Shown here: positions 37,465 through 51,118 of the stretch, in pieces
How positions within the stretch are numbered: position 1 is the stretch's first letter
Layout: each line of letters begins with the position of its first letter
Assembly: GCA_000002445.1 (NCBI GenBank)
Contig: CH464491.1
Location: forward strand, 4,512,001-4,576,000
Length of the DNA: 64,000 bases
Direction: 5' to 3'
Source: Trypanosoma brucei
Lineage: Eukaryota
Translations under genes and position numbers: made by a program
Notes under the pieces: model-generated
Database searches by the model: none
What the model was told of the DNA's origin: nothing
Seen by the model: the letters and a program-made list of their open reading frames with translations, nothing else

Positions 37465-38829
37465 ATGGAAGACTGGTGTTATCATCCCCATCCTGAAGGC
37501 CGGAAAAACGCGGAGGACCTCGATTCTTACAGGCCTGTGACACTCAGGAGCTGTCTCTGCAAAGTCATGGAGCGCATAATTGCGGCGAGGCTTAGAGACA
37601 CTGTTGAGTCCCAGCTGACGCCACAGCAATCAGGCTTTCGCCCCGGATGCTCAACGCTCGAACAACTCCTGCACATCCGCGCTGCCCTCTGCCGTCCCAC
37701 GCACCAATCTCGTACGGGTACTGTATTTGTCGACTACGAGAAGGCATTCGATACAGCAGACCACGACAAAATTGCGAGGGAAATGCACAGAATGAAGGTA
37801 TCACCCCACATTGTGAAGTGGTGCGTATCATTTCTGAGTAACCGAACTGGCAGAGTGAGATTCAAGGAGAAGCTTTCCAGAAGCAGAACATTTGAGCGAG
37901 GAGTGCCACAAGGAACTGTCCTTGGCCCAATGATATTCATTATTGTCATGAACTCGTTGAGCCAACGCCTTGCAGAAGTGCCGTTACTGCAGCACGGATT
38001 CTTTGCAGACGACCTAACGCCACTTGCGAGGCACACAGAGAGGGATGTCATCAACCACACGCTACAATGCGGCCTCAACGTGGTGTTACAGTGGTCAAAA
38101 GAGTACTTCATGTCTGTCAACGTAGCGAAAACAGAGTGCACACTCTTCGGGTGTATAGAGCGCCACCCCCTTACATTACAACTGTACGGCGAAAGAATAG
38201 GAGCCGACAGGACACCGAAGCTTCTAGGAGTAACATTCCAGTGTCTGCAGGGGATGGCAACACATGCGGCCGAAACGAGACGCAAGATGGACTTCAGACT
38301 ACTGCAGATAGCAGCCATCTCAGCTTCTACATGGGGGCCAAGACGACAAGTACTGAGAGCTTTTTATCTAGCACTCGTACAGGCACACACCATGTATGGC
38401 ATTGAGGTATGGTACTGGGACGCTTCGGAACGAAGTCGCAACCTCCTTGCAGCAGCACAACACAAAGCCAGTCGCATCATAGCTGGCATACCGCATGGGA
38501 CGCGCAAAGAGGACTCTCTGCTGGAAGCAAACCTCCTGCCACTCAAGACGGCCACTCTTGTGCGCAGAATGAAATTCATGCTGATGTGTGAGTCACGAGG
38601 CGGATGTTTGCGGCGTAGTGCTGAGGAAGTATACCACAGCAAACACCCAGTCAGAGCCCTGCATTCCCGTATCATGCGGTCCTACCCCCACCTCCGCATT
38701 GAGCCACGCGAGCACCCACTAGAGACATCGACGCTCCGCCACAGCTGCCGACCGCTATTTCACACGCAGATAAAGCCTGTGTGCGCTGATGACCCTGACG
38801 ATGTAAAAACAAAGGGTTCCAAAAAGTGA
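37465..38829 (+). pseudogene. ingi ORF segment: reverse transcriptase (FADD box)
   Basis: ...YRPVTLRSCLCKVMERIIAARL...GVPQGTVLGPMIFIIVMNSL...GFFADDLT... Confidence 0.75.
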
Positions 38830-39088
38830 ATTGCACGGCATTTTGCACGGAGGGGGATAGGAGCCACCGCGGCGAGAGCACTACGAATTGTAGACTGATG
38901 GATCCGTCTCCCTCGGTGAGAAGCCCGGAGCAGCTGCACTGCTCTATAGAAACAACACGCTGATTTGTGCACCCAAAACTGGAGCAGGGGAACTCTCATG
39001 CAGTTAAAGAGCGGAATGCGTAGCATTAGAGATAGGACTGCAACGGCTGCTGAAATGGCTTCCGGCATACAGAAGCACACCGAGCAGG

Positions 39089-40912
39089 TTGTCCATCTTC
39101 TCTGACTCGCTGTCAATGTTAACAGCACTGCAGACAGGCTTTCTAATAGTGTCGGACCCAATTCTAAGACGACTATGGAGGCTTCTGCTTCAAGTTCAGA
39201 GAAGGAAGATGCGTATCCGACTGCAATTTGTATTTGGCCATTGTGGCGTGAAACGGAATGAGGTTTGTGATGACATGGCCAAAAAGGCCGCTGATTTACC
39301 ACAGTTGCGAGACACATGGATAACGGACATCATTGCTTACGCGAAGCGAGTGCTTAGGTCGGAAGAAGTCCATGAGAACACTCATAGGTTTGGTATTACA
39401 GGCAACCACTTTCCAACAAAAAATAAGGAAGAACTGACGAGGGAAGAAGAAACGGCACTGGCACGCTTTCGGGTTGGGTCTTCAAGACACTATGGATGGA
39501 TGTTGCGAAAGATCAACCCGAGTGTGCCTCCACAGTGCCGATGGTGTAACCCGCAACATGCAGCGATAGGGCCAACAATACAAACAACCACACCTGTTGC
39601 GACACGCACTCTTCAGAGAACCTCCGAATCCACCAAATGTACGGAATGTGATGCCACATACCAATGCCGCTCGAGTGCTGTAACGCACATGGTAAACAAA
39701 CATGGCTTTGTGCGAGCTGATGCCCTCCGGAGGATCAAATACGGCGATGCAAGACCTGCAGTGGACATCCCCCCGGAGCCCCTTCCAGTGGTGGCGATCG
39801 TTCCTCTACCATCGAGCACACGAGTCCCGATGAGACCGCAGGTGCTTCATTGTACCCTCTGTGCCTACAAATTCGCAGTGCCAGGCCGACTATTACACCA
39901 CCTTAGAACAATACATGGCATAGGCAGCGGTAGTTGCCGCGTGAAAAGGGGGCGAGAAAACGAAGACTCAGTGCAAGGAGATGGTAGAGCCCCAGCAGCG
40001 CCAGCCTCTCAGGATACACGGAAGCTGCCGTTTCAATGTGACCTGTGCGAGGCGAGCTTCGGTACACGCTCTTCCCTGTCACTACACAAGAAATTCAAAC
40101 ATAAGAGCATAGTGACGGAGGACGGTACCGTGGTGGTGGTGCAAATCCCTCGTAAGCGTGCCCGTGAGGGAAACGTTGACGCCCCGGGGAAAGGCGAGGT
40201 GCAGTGTGGTGTGTGCCAAAAAGTGCTCAGTTGCAGGGACTCCCTCATCCGACACTGTAAGGCTTTCCACAAAGGTGAGGGAGTCGAGCTTAAATGCAGC
40301 AATAACACAAAATTGTGTGCCACTGATTCCCCGCATACAAACACATCCATGTTGGTTTGCCCGACATGCGGAAGGCAGTGTGCTAGCAAAACTGGCCTCA
40401 CCCTACATCAAAAGAAGATGCACGGTATGAGAGTAGAGCGCGCTGTTACCAGCCAACGCGGCAACTGCGAAGAAACGTCGCTGCACTTGATGAGCTGTCC
40501 CGGTTTGAAGGAGTTACGTGTCAGGTTTGCGGTAGAAGGTGTGTGTGTGCAGGATGTATGTTTCTTTAAAAGGCTGGCGCAATTTCTCATTGCGGTTGAA
40601 CGGAGCCGGCCGCAGGTGAAGTCTTCCCCTAATGTAACAGTCATACAACCCACTCTCCCTTCTGCAACTTCCCCCCTTATTGCCGACTGTGGAGCTAGCA
40701 GGAAAAGCACCGGACGCAGGAATAGTCCAGACACCCTCAGAGACAGAGGGGGTATGCAATCAACAAGCAAAAAAACAGAAAGAGGGGGAGAGAATAATAA
40801 ACGAATAACAAAAATCAAAACAAAAGAATTGCTAATTGACATCTTTGGGAGAGTCCAGGGTGGGGGGCTTCTCGCCCCATCTGCTGTATTCCGTTCAAAT
40901 GCGGAGCTATAA
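39089..40912 (+). pseudogene. ingi ORF segment: RNaseH-like/C-terminal domain with 5 C2H2 zinc fingers
   Basis: CTECDATYQCRSSAVTHMVNKHG, HCTLCAYKFAVPGRLLHHLRTIHG, QCDLCEASFGTRSSLSLHKKFKHK, QCGVCQKVLSCRDSLIRHCKAFHK, CPTCGRQCASKTGLTLHQKKMHG. Confidence 0.7.
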
Positions 40913-42019
40913 CAAAAATTATAGAGAGTGTGTTAGGCTTAATAAAAGAAGGAGACTCTGCCACAGTCGCCAGAACGATAGCATCTCAGGGCTCTACGGT
41001 GATGGCTGATGGCCGCGCCAGGGGGAGGGGAAACTCTCACGAAAGCAAAAATTTTTTTTTTTTAAAAATCCTGTTGTGCCTATGCATCTTCAGTAACATT
41101 ATAACGCTGAAACGTTTGCAGCACATGTGACCTCGGAAATTTTGCACCGTGATCCTGGTTAATTGTAATTCCTTTCGCATTTGTGTTGCAATTTTGGTCC
41201 TCTCTGCATTTGTGCTTTGTGTTTATTTTATCCGCCCAAAGAGCGCCGGGTCAGCCTGTATTCTCATGTGAATTATTCGTTCCTTGAATGGTCTTAACGT
41301 CTGTCCTGTCTACTAATAAATAATTAGAAAAATATTTTTACTGATTCTTTTTGCTTTATAATGCTCGACAATAAGTTTATACATACGTTACTTTAACAAA
41401 TGTTTGTTCTTATATTCCTATTGCTGTCCACGTTGATCCAGAAATAATCATAGTATTTATAGTATTTGACAACACAATATTATACTGTTGGGAACAAACA
41501 TTGGCACTTATTATTATGTTTAATATAAAAATTCTTCGATATTAACTCGGATGTGACCAATATTTTCTTTCTTATTATTCTTTTTCTCCACAGGTGGATA
41601 TTAGTAAATCCCATCATATTAAAAACCAGAATCATTACCATCTCTGAAGTTTTATATGTCCATATTTAAGTGAAATATGGTGCTAATATCCCCTTGTATT
41701 ACTTGCGTTTGTGATGCAATGCCGGTCATTCGGGTTTTTACTATGTATTTTATTCTTTTCCTTTTCGTCTACCATTTTTACCCCTTCATAACACGTGGTG
41801 TTTTTATTTTACCAGCACACTGGATTGTGCTTCACCATCATTTTCTTCGCCATCATATACTTTCGGATAATTATTCCCTGCATTTTTTGTATAAAACTGC
41901 GCAATTTCCATTTTTTGCATGTATAACTCACCTACTCCCATTGCACCCTTCCAATTGATTTAAGTGCTTCTACTTCGGACGTATGTTTAGTCATTAAGAC
42001 AACTCCTACTGCAAAATTA

Positions 42020-42100
42020 GTATATATACACTTACAATACACTTCTATCTTCGCCATTATTATTACTATCATTGCTATTATAATATCAATAAAACAATCC
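42020..42100 (-). repeat. 70-bp repeat element (minus orientation), orphan: no VSG on its downstream side
   Basis: gcaaaattagtatatatacacttacaatacacttctatcttcgccattattattactatcattgctattataat. Confidence 0.5.
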
Positions 42101-42309
42101 AAAATAAACAAAGTTAGCAAATTAAAATATCACACATTTTTTATAACTTATCACACTACTACTTTATAACCATTGGCCGCTTTCATGCTAAAATTTTTAT
42201 AATTTCAATAATCTTCCATATTGCAAATGATTGACAGACAGTGTTTAATTATATCAAATTTTAAACATTTTTATAAATTTCATAGAGCTGAGAAAATATC
42301 TTTAGAATT

Positions 42310-43840
42310 CTCAAAATGCTACAAAACTTACAAAAGCACAAGCCATCAAAGCCAATTTCTTATTGAGAAAAATAGAGGGATATTTTCAAGTTTCGCCCTC
42401 CCATTTGCAATCCGGAGATTTGCATTCTTTCTCTACTTTCCCTTTGCATTTCTCTGTTGTTGTTTTCTCTCCTTTTTCTGTTGCTCGTTCTCCCTCTACT
42501 GATTTTATTGGATTGTATTTGTTTGTCTTTTTATCGTATGTGCATGTTTTATCTTGGCACTCCTTGGCCTTGTTGTGAAACTGTTCGCATATTTTTTTGT
42601 TTGTGTAATCATCCTTTGGTGCTGCCGTTTCTGTTGGGAATGCAGTTTCTGCAACATCAGGTTCTGGTTGGCTAGTGTAGTATAGTAGTAATTTGGAATA
42701 TTGGTCGCTGCCTCCGTCTAGGTTTTTCAGTTTATTATCCTTGACGTTTATTCCCCACTCATTGTCGCTTACTATCGTTGTCTGCCGGATGTTTTTTAAG
42801 TAAGTGTTAACAAAGTCGTCGGGTGTTTTGCCCAAAATTTCCCTCAACTGATCCTTCTCACTGTTTGAAGTGGCGAAAGCTGCTGTTTTTAATGTCTTGT
42901 TGAGTTGTATTTGCGCGGTCGCTTGTATAAAGGTGACGTCGTCGAAAAGCTGATTGTAGATCGCCTTGTCGGCTGCTGTTGGTTCGTCAATGTTAATGCT
43001 GTCCAATGCTGTTTGGGCTGCCTCTGCCTCTTTGTACGTCGGTTGGTTTGTGGAGGCTTGTAGGTTGTTCATGCCCGGCACCGCTAGTGTGGGGCCGGCC
43101 GCCATGGTTATTGCGCCGCCACCATAGTAAATTGTCCCTCCGGTCACGGCGTTATTGGCTGGCATCTCTCCTTTTGTTGTGGGTGTGCCGAAGAAAGTAC
43201 AGTCTGCTTTGGTGTACGTGGCTGGGTCGTCTATACTGGATTTGGCGGTTACCGCCTTGAAATTTACGGGTGCTGCTCCTGCGTCTGCGTACCGTTGGAG
43301 CTGCTCTGGCGTTGTCTGGTCGCATCCTGGGACGTTGTCGTTTAGGCCCGTCCACGATGCAACGGAAGCTCCTGTGGCTGCTGTTATAATGCAGCCGCTG
43401 CCGCTTGAAGTTGCTCCGGAAAATTGGCTCAGCAACGACAGAAATTCCGTTGCATGCCCAGCAGCTAGACCTGCACGGACAGAAAAAGTTAGCCCTGCCG
43501 TTGCTGCGCCGTGGAAGGTTGTTGTTTTTGTTCTTTAAATATATCGACGTTGGTAGCAACTGCTGAAGCTAACTTGCCGACGCGTTGCATTTTGTTCATT
43601 TCTGCATAAATAGCCAGCTGGTTTCGTGTAATGGTCAGCTGCTTGATGAACGCTTGAGCTGCCGTCAGCTCCGAGTTGGCATATTGGTGCGATTCTTTTA
43701 GTTCTCCATCCAGCGTGCAGATTGATGTGAACTCAGAGGCCGCAACTGCATACGTTGCGTTGCGAGCCTCAGAAACCGTCAGCATTGCGCTCAAAAGTAG
43801 AAGACGTAGGAGGGCACGCTGCGCCATGTGTTTCTGCATC
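42310..43840 (-). pseudogene. VSG: VSG (K): one frameshift near the N-terminus and a nonsense codon 23 codons before the C-terminus
   Basis: ORF 43489..43935 (-) carries the signal peptide (MAQRALLRLLLLSAMLTVSEA). ORF 42386..43435 (-), 349 aa, ends ...CKSPDCKWEGET* with TGA where Cys is expected. The GPI tail (KKLALMACAFVSFVAF*) follows in frame. Confidence 0.7.
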
Positions 43841-44794
43841 CTTTGTTGTTTTACTACTTGAAAGGTGACTTCCGTTTTGACCCTTAGGTGAACACAACCC
43901 AGTCGGCTGGGTAAAACTCGCGTTTGCGAAAACACGTATAAATTAAATCAAACTTGGTTAAAGATAATCACTCCAATATTTCGTCTTTGTCATATGTTCA
44001 ACTTATGAAAAAAATTGGTTTGATAAAAGAAACCAACGATTATCAAGACCGAAAAATATTTTGACACGTTTTCACATTATGTCCTAGTTTATCTATATAT
44101 ATATCTGTCTAAAGCCTTTACCATTTTATGTTCTTGTGCGCTTCTATTGCGGTAAAACTCGTGTTGTGGGAGTGAGTCTGAAATAACGACATGACAGTGC
44201 AGTTTAATTCGTAAACATGCTCTTTCGTATTTTTCACTGTTGTCATATCTTATTGCTGTTCTATTTTGACTATTTGCTGGCAGCTGCGATATTTCTGCAC
44301 TCTTTTGCTTTGACGTTCTCTGATATTTTACATACATGTCAGGACACTGTGCATTCATACACAAATAATACGTTCCGTGAAAGCTGTAAACGTCTTACAA
44401 GCGTAGAAATACATAATTGGAGGAAGATGGTCATCGATTCTCTATACTTCACTAAGATCCTCCATTGGTTTATATACACGGTTTATTCACAGTGGTTTCC
44501 TCCGTGCTTTAGTCAGCACCGTCTGCTGTAGATATCGCTGCGAATATTTTACTTGTCGGATCTGAGTCAATCGTTAGAATCCTAATTTTCATGGACACAG
44601 CTTGTACTTTTTTTTGCTACGAAGATCTCTTGTTTATTGCTGGGTTTGGAGGTGCCAAGAATTTGTTTATTCTCTGTGTTTTTTTTTATAACAACAATAC
44701 TATCAGCTCCTAAACGTTATTTTACAAATCCTTACCACCACTTCACCATTTTAATTATCTTACTTGTTTCTATTGTTTGACTACATATAGTCTT

Positions 44795-44885
44795 CAGCAC
44801 AACTCGTGTTATAATATTCGTATATACACACACTCACAACACTCTCCTATCATTATTATTATGATTATTATAATCAGAACTAATA
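44795..44885 (-). repeat. 70-bp repeat element (minus orientation)
   Basis: tgttataatattcgtatatacacacactcacaacactctcctatcattattattatgattattataatc. Confidence 0.65.
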
Positions 44886-45089
44886 TCCATAAAATAAACA
44901 AATTTAGAGTAGCATTTTTTAAATACTACATCTCTTTACAATTTCAAACTCACAGGTCACTATGATCACAAATTTAGTGTTTTTAAAATTTTTTTATTTT
45001 TATATTTACACATATAAATCGAAAAGTATATAAATAAATCAAACTCTCACAAAATAGCTTATTTAATAAAATTGGGCAATAATCCTTTT

Positions 45090-46582
45090 TAAATTTTAAT
45101 TCTAGAAGCAAAAATGCAAGCAAAAGAAGAGGCTTATGAAGGACAAAAGAATTGTTTCCTGTGGTGTTTGTGGGTTTTCCATCTGTTCCTGTTGCTGTGG
45201 TTACTTTAGCTACACACTTTCCCCCCTTGAATACGCAGCCATCTTCATCTTTGCACTCCCCCTGTGGTTTATCCTTGCATTTTTCTTCTTCTTTTTTGGA
45301 ATCAGTTGCTTCACCGACTGCTGTATTCTTTGCTCCTTCAAGTTCCTTTTTATTTTTTTGCCCTCTCAAGTAGCTTAGAGTCGCTACCATGCTGAAGGGT
45401 GTAGTCAAGTCACTTATCTTCTTATGCTCGGTGGTTTTCTCGCTCCTTGACATAATGTTTTCTGTTTCAAGTTTAGTGATGAAATTTTTGACAAAGTCAT
45501 TGTTAGTGCTGCCATAAGCTCTTTTAATGTATTCTGTTAAGGGCTTGGATTGTTCTGTGTCGTCGAGGTCAGTTTTTTTTTTGAAATTCCGGTACACAGT
45601 TGCGCAGAAACGTTTGGATTGTCTTCCTGTTGCTGAGAGTCTCACCTGTTGCTGTCCGGAGCGTTTTCCCCTCCCCTGCTTTTGCTTTTATCGCCTCACA
45701 GATGGCCTTGGCTAGTTTTTGCGCTGGGCTCATAGCTTCCGCTGATAGACCGCTGACTTCGCCGCAGTTCGTTGTCCTGCTCTCCTCTTTGAATACAGGT
45801 ACTGAACTTTGAGCGTTTCCTGTGGTCGCGGCTGCTGTTGTGAATTCGTATTCTGCAGAGCCGCCGAGGTTGCAGCTCCCTAGCGCTTCTTTGATGCCGG
45901 TTTTGCCGGTGGAGTCGCTCGGACAGTTGCTGCTTGCTGAGCGTATGGATATCGCTGTTTCCTTCAGGCTTTTTACTACATCAGTTGCGGCTGTTAGTTT
46001 TAAGTTTAGTATGTTTTGCTCATTTAAAGGGTCGTCTGCAAAAGGATTGCCTTCTCCTGCCTTTGTCAGGCTGCAGCCGGCATTATTGCCTCTGGCTATT
46101 TTGAGTGACAGCTTGGCTGTGTTTGCGCTGCTGTCTGCATTCACTGGTGTTGTAGAATCTACGATTTTGTAGCTGCTTGCCTCTACCGCCATCTCCAGCA
46201 TACCAAGATGCTTGGCTATCGCCAGCTGTGCCTCTTTTGCCTTTGCCTGTGCTGCCGCTTGTCTGCTGTTCAGTTCGGCCAGTTGCTCTCCGGCCTCGGC
46301 TGCTAGTGCCAGTAGCAGGCACTGTTTGTCAGCTGTCGGTGCCGCTTCACCGTGCAAAGTCCACATATGTTTTAAGTGTTTCAGGTCGGTTAGTGCGGGC
46401 GTCGCAGTGCTCGCCGATTGCCACAGCTTGATGCTTAGCTGTGTTAGGTATTCGTGTTCTTTGCAGTTGTCTGAAATTTTGTTTTCTTCCTTTGTGTGAT
46501 CAGGCCCCGCTTGGACTGCCTGCAATTGCAGGACCGTTGACACTACTACCAACCGAATGCTTGTCTTGATCGCTGCCGCCAT
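45090..46582 (-). pseudogene. VSG: VSG (L): N-domain ORF 337 aa; frameshift at the N/C-domain boundary
   Basis: ORF 45569..46582 (-) has the signal peptide MAAAIKTSIRLVVVSTVLQLQAVQA. ORF 44983..45645 (-) carries the C-domain (...CKDEDGCVFKGGKCVAKVTTATGTDGKPTNTTGNNSFVLHKPLLLLAFLLL) in another frame and reads past the natural stop. Confidence 0.7.
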
Positions 46583-47374
46583 TGTTTTTAGGTGTAAGCA
46601 AGGCTTGTCGGTCTGATGGCTTTCCGGTCGTTACTGGGCAGATCTCTGTGGGTTTCTGACGCCAGCCTACGCTTCGACGGAATAAAATTATTTACGTGGC
46701 TTTCTCTCCCCTAAAAGGATTCAGAACTGGTTGAGAGGGAAACTAGTGGTTTTATCTTTGGACTGAGAAATCTAATTTTCTTCTTCTACAACTCATTCTC
46801 GCTCCTAACATATCAACAGCACTCGTCATCCTTTGTATTCTTTCACTAAGCCAAATACCTTATTTGCATTAAAAGATATATCCCCATGAACTTTATGCCT
46901 AACATCAGGAGTATCCATTGGGTTAAAAAACACGGTCGCCACCACTATTTCTGCGGTACGATCTGCATAGTTTTGTTAGGAATGTAGGAAAACATTTTCC
47001 TGTATCATTGCATTCTGTGACACCATACATCATATCACCTTTTTTAGTAAATATTTTCTTTTCCTATTTTTCCTCTTCTGTTATTTTTTCCGACGCTACT
47101 GATAACACAACGAATGAATTTCGCTTATACACCAGACTCTGTCTGTCCTTCTCTATTGCCTCCCTTATAATCTTACGTATTACAATGCATATCGTCACTT
47201 TTATGTTCAAAACTGTGCGTAATCGACATCCTTCTCTCTCTTTGTGTCTCCTTAAATAATACACTTCTTGCTCTTGCTCTTTCTCTCTCTCCCTCTATCA
47301 CTTAGAAAAATAGTATCATCACCATTACTACGAAGAATTTTACATTAGCAAATCGGTTGGTCTCCATTTAATTT

Positions 47375-47465
47375 TATAAAATAATATTCGTATATACACA
47401 CACTTACAAAACTCTCCTATCATTATCATTATAACTATCATTATTATCATGGCTGTTATCCTAAC
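47375..47465 (-). repeat. 70-bp repeat element (minus orientation)
   Basis: taatattcgtatatacacacacttacaaaactctcctatcattatcattataactatcattattatc. Confidence 0.6.
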
Positions 47466-47612
47466 TAATATCTATAAAATAAGCAAAGTAAAAAATTAGG
47501 ATATTTTTATAATGACACTCAATTTTTATATAGCCCTACTATTTTACACCCAAAAGTCAAGGTCATGCACATTATACTAAAATTACACCAATTTGCACAT
47601 TTTCATTAAAAA

Positions 47613-47628
47613 GTGTTAAAATATATTA
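47613..47628 (-). promoter_or_regulatory. VSG 3'UTR 16-mer (TAATATATTTTAACAC, 15/16)
   Basis: The plus strand reads gtgttaaaatatatta, ~90 nt below the VSG M C-terminus. Confidence 0.6.
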
Positions 47629-47713
47629 AATTTCAGAAATTTTATCAAACTATCTCAAAATAGAAAAATTTATGAACCTTACACTTATGAGTAAATTTAT
47701 TTTAGAATCATAA

Positions 47714-49163
47714 TTATCGAAACAAAAATTCAAGCAAAAGAGGAGCCTTATTAATCACAATAGAATTTCTCTCTGTTGTGTTTGTAGTTTTGCCATCATT
47801 TTTAACTTTCATGTTATCTTTTTCTACCCATTTATCCCCTTTTAACTCGCAGTTGTCGCTGTTGAAATCATTCTTTTCCATGTTCGCATTATTTTTTGTC
47901 GTTACTTTCGGGAATATTTTGGACATTTGTGGACTTCTGTTTGTCAACCTGATGTCCAAAGGTTATCGAGAGGCCCCCTCTTACATCCGCCACTGTGCTG
48001 AGTAAAGCCTCGGTTAGCTCTTTTTTGTCCCCTGACATTTCGTAACTCAACTTGCTTTGCTACAGTGGTTGTATTAAAGATGCTTGTGGGTTAGTCCTTT
48101 ATTTTCCAAGAGGCGTCCTAACTGCGGCTTTAAGAGAATTTTCATCAACTCCGGCTTTCATATCAAGGTGTACTATTAACTGCGCGTATGTTTGTGCTAT
48201 GGTATCGTTTATTAGCTCCTCTGTGCTTAGTTGTGTGTGCCTCCATTCCTGTATGAGCTCAACTTTCCTGGCCTCGCACACCGCGTGTCCGATGCTCTTT
48301 GCGGTTATGATGAGGTGTGGGTTTGCTGTTTTGTCGACGCATTTTCCTCCCACGTTGTCATTCTGCGTTATCGGTGTTTTTGTGGGTGCTGTTATTGGTG
48401 GTATTACCGGGGGCATTGGGACTCTGAAGCCGTTTGTTGCGCCGCTGAACTCTTCTGCGTTGTTTATACGAGCGCCTTTGCCAATGACTGCACCGTCGTT
48501 GTTACCCGAATTACCTGCAACGTGCACTGCCACTGGTATCGGGTTGTTTGTGAATGCAGCCGTTGCTGTCGTCTTCAGCTTTGTTAGTTTGTCGACTTCT
48601 TCGCCTGCCTTTCCTAGGTTAGTGTTTGTGATCGCCGCTTTGTCGCATTTGACAGCGTCGTCAGTAGTGAGTTTTAGAGTGACTGCGCAAGTCTTGTCTG
48701 CTGATGTTGAAATGCAGTCTGGGTCCGCATCGGTATTGAAGGCTGCATTGCCTACTGCTAGACTTTTTACTCTAGGTTGCTTTACTGCTGTGAGCAGTTC
48801 TGCTCTCTTTTTGAGCACGTATATAGCACGCTGAAGGTTTTTCGTCTTTCCATGCATCTGAGCCCTTTGCTTTAAGCGAACATCAGCTGTGACTGCAGCC
48901 AGCAGTGCATAGCCTCCGGCTTTGGGTATCCATAAGTTTTGCTCGTAAGCTGCTGTTAGCATGGTCAAATCCTCGTTAAGGTCGGATAGCCTCTTCCTCG
49001 TGTCTTTTAGCTGACTGTCAAAATAAGATGCTATGCTTCCGTTGTAGACTACTTCATCGCACAGAGTTGTTATCACCGTTGTTGACTCCTTCTGTTCGGC
49101 GTTTATTCTCGACTGCGTTGTGACTGATATTACGAATGCTAGCGCCAGAGGTCTTGGTAGCAT
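47714..49163 (-). pseudogene. VSG: VSG (M): N-domain ORF 354 aa; C-domain out of frame
   Basis: ORF 48099..49163 (-) has a signal peptide (MLPRPLALAFVISVTTQSRINA). ORF 47714..47959 (-) is a C-domain with GPI-like tail ...TTNTTERNSIVINKAPLLLEFLF. A frame break lies between 47959 and 48099. Confidence 0.7.
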
Positions 49164-50864
49164 TTTCAGCTTTGATGTACCTTTTGCACGTCCTTGTAAA
49201 TCGCTTCAGTTAGATCTTCCTTAGCCTGAGCTGCTTGCTATGTTCTAGCAAGAAACAGCTTGCAGTTTCAACAAAGGTGGAGGACACTTGAAAGCTCTTT
49301 TACGATAATAACAAGCTTGTCGACTTCGGGAATTTTTACCTTAGTGAAGCGGCTCACATCGGCTTTTGTTACGTACTTTACCCCTTAGCTGTCCATAGTT
49401 ACAATTTTCGCCGTTTACCCTTCTTTGTGACTATGATTTCTCCACAGTTTCTTCCTTGTGGGTTGCTTGTGTTCGGCGGTTATTTTTCTTGAATTCTCCG
49501 TTACTGCTTGTCAGCTGTATGGAGGTGACGTTCCTTTGTTTTACGCTGTTATTTGCGAAATTACCCTCGATCCCTTTTCACCCCTTGATCCCTTTTTACA
49601 TTCTTCTAGTTCAAATAATCCACAGCAACTCAATTAATTGCTTTGGTGTGCACTTAGTCCTTAACATTAGGAGCAGGAGGAAGGTTCAAAAGCCAGTTGT
49701 GCGAGTTGGTATTGGCTCTCATCTACTCATTCTTGTGTAAAATATAGGTTTTAAAGTTTCTCTGCCGTTTGGTAATGCTGAATTCGCAATGGTCTATCAG
49801 TTAGAGCGCTTGGCCACGAAGATATTTTAGGTTCGTCTGTGTGGTTTGGTCTTCTTACGTGTAGACATTTTGCTTGTTGGGGTGGAGATGCCCCTAATAT
49901 TTGACTATAAATGCCTCTGATTTAGAACTTTAATATCGTCTTTTCTTCCTTTTGTGTCTCTTATCCCTATGCCTCTCTTCTTTTTATCGCTTTCTTTTAA
50001 ACTTGAAAACGCAGAAATCTGTAACGGTAATTGAAATCTCATGAAACGTGGCTGCATTTTTCTAGTTTATGTTTTATAAGGTAAATTCAATTGCATCATT
50101 GTAATTTACGTTGTTTATAATCTGCTAAATCTTCCATTTAAAGTGCATCGCCGCTCCTTTCATGCCTGACCCTTTAACACAACTAAATGTTTGTTTTTTT
50201 CTGTAAATTATATAATTCACCTTAATGTATTAGTCATTAAGGTTCATTGTTTAGACTCTGTCTTTTGATGCAATAAAAAGTTTACTAGCGCTTTACGTGT
50301 TTGTTTTGTTACGTTATTCTTCTTCTCTGTGGAAATTCGTCTAATTTGAATGCTGCTTTCTGATTTTTCTGAAATGTTGGATACAATCCTTAGTTGATTG
50401 CATTAGGTTTTTGTCTTTCTCCGCTTCATTATAGAGATAAACGTAATTTCAGGAAATTTTTAAGGGTAATATCAGCCACATTCTTTCTGTTTGGTTATTG
50501 TATAACTATCATAGTACTTTCAGTGTAAAAAATGCATTATTCAAAGAGATATTGTGCCCATATAAACAATATTTCCCTTGGTATCTTTACACACGTAGTC
50601 TCACGTTTCTATAGTTAAATCGACTGCATTTGGAATATACAATGCACTCTCTTTCTCACATCGTCCGCTCCCCAACCTTTTTTGTGTATGATTGTGTTAA
50701 TCGTTATGTTTGTGCATTAAGCTACACAAATTCCATTTCCTTCGCTTCCTCACTGCTTTTCTGCATTTTCTTAAACTATATTCATCGCACACCGCCTTTC
50801 ACTTATCTAATCCTGTTGCATTTCCGCTGTTTTTAATGGGTCTATTTTGGTCTTCCGTTTAATA

Positions 50865-50965
50865 TATACCACAGTTATTATAATAATAGTATACTTACAC
50901 ATTTACAACATTCTCCTATTATTATTATTGTTATTATCATTATTCTAATTATTATTATTATAGCC
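50865..50965 (-). repeat. 70-bp repeat element (minus orientation)
   Basis: ttataataatagtatacttacacatttacaacattctcctattattattattgttattatcattattct. Confidence 0.55.
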
Positions 50966-51118
50966 ACTTCTACCCATAAAACAAACTAATTAAACCCAAC
51001 TATATTATCAACAATTTTCACGCCTTGTTTTCATAATAATTTACGTTCACAGGCTACTATTATACTTGTTTACTAAAAATTTCAAGATTTTTACTAGTTT
51101 GTATATTTCCATAGAAAA

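Larger units (their letters stand above)
35866..41050 (+). mobile_element. ingi: ingi-type non-LTR retrotransposon (~5.2 kb), defective with at least 3 frameshifts
   Basis: Its length matches ingi. It has a 5' end conserved with the DIRE at 23656. It encodes a 2A-like peptide, then APE, RT and RNaseH, then a C-terminal C2H2 zinc-finger domain. It ends near 41045 (…gaaagcaaaaa) and is followed by a T-run. Confidence 0.8.
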
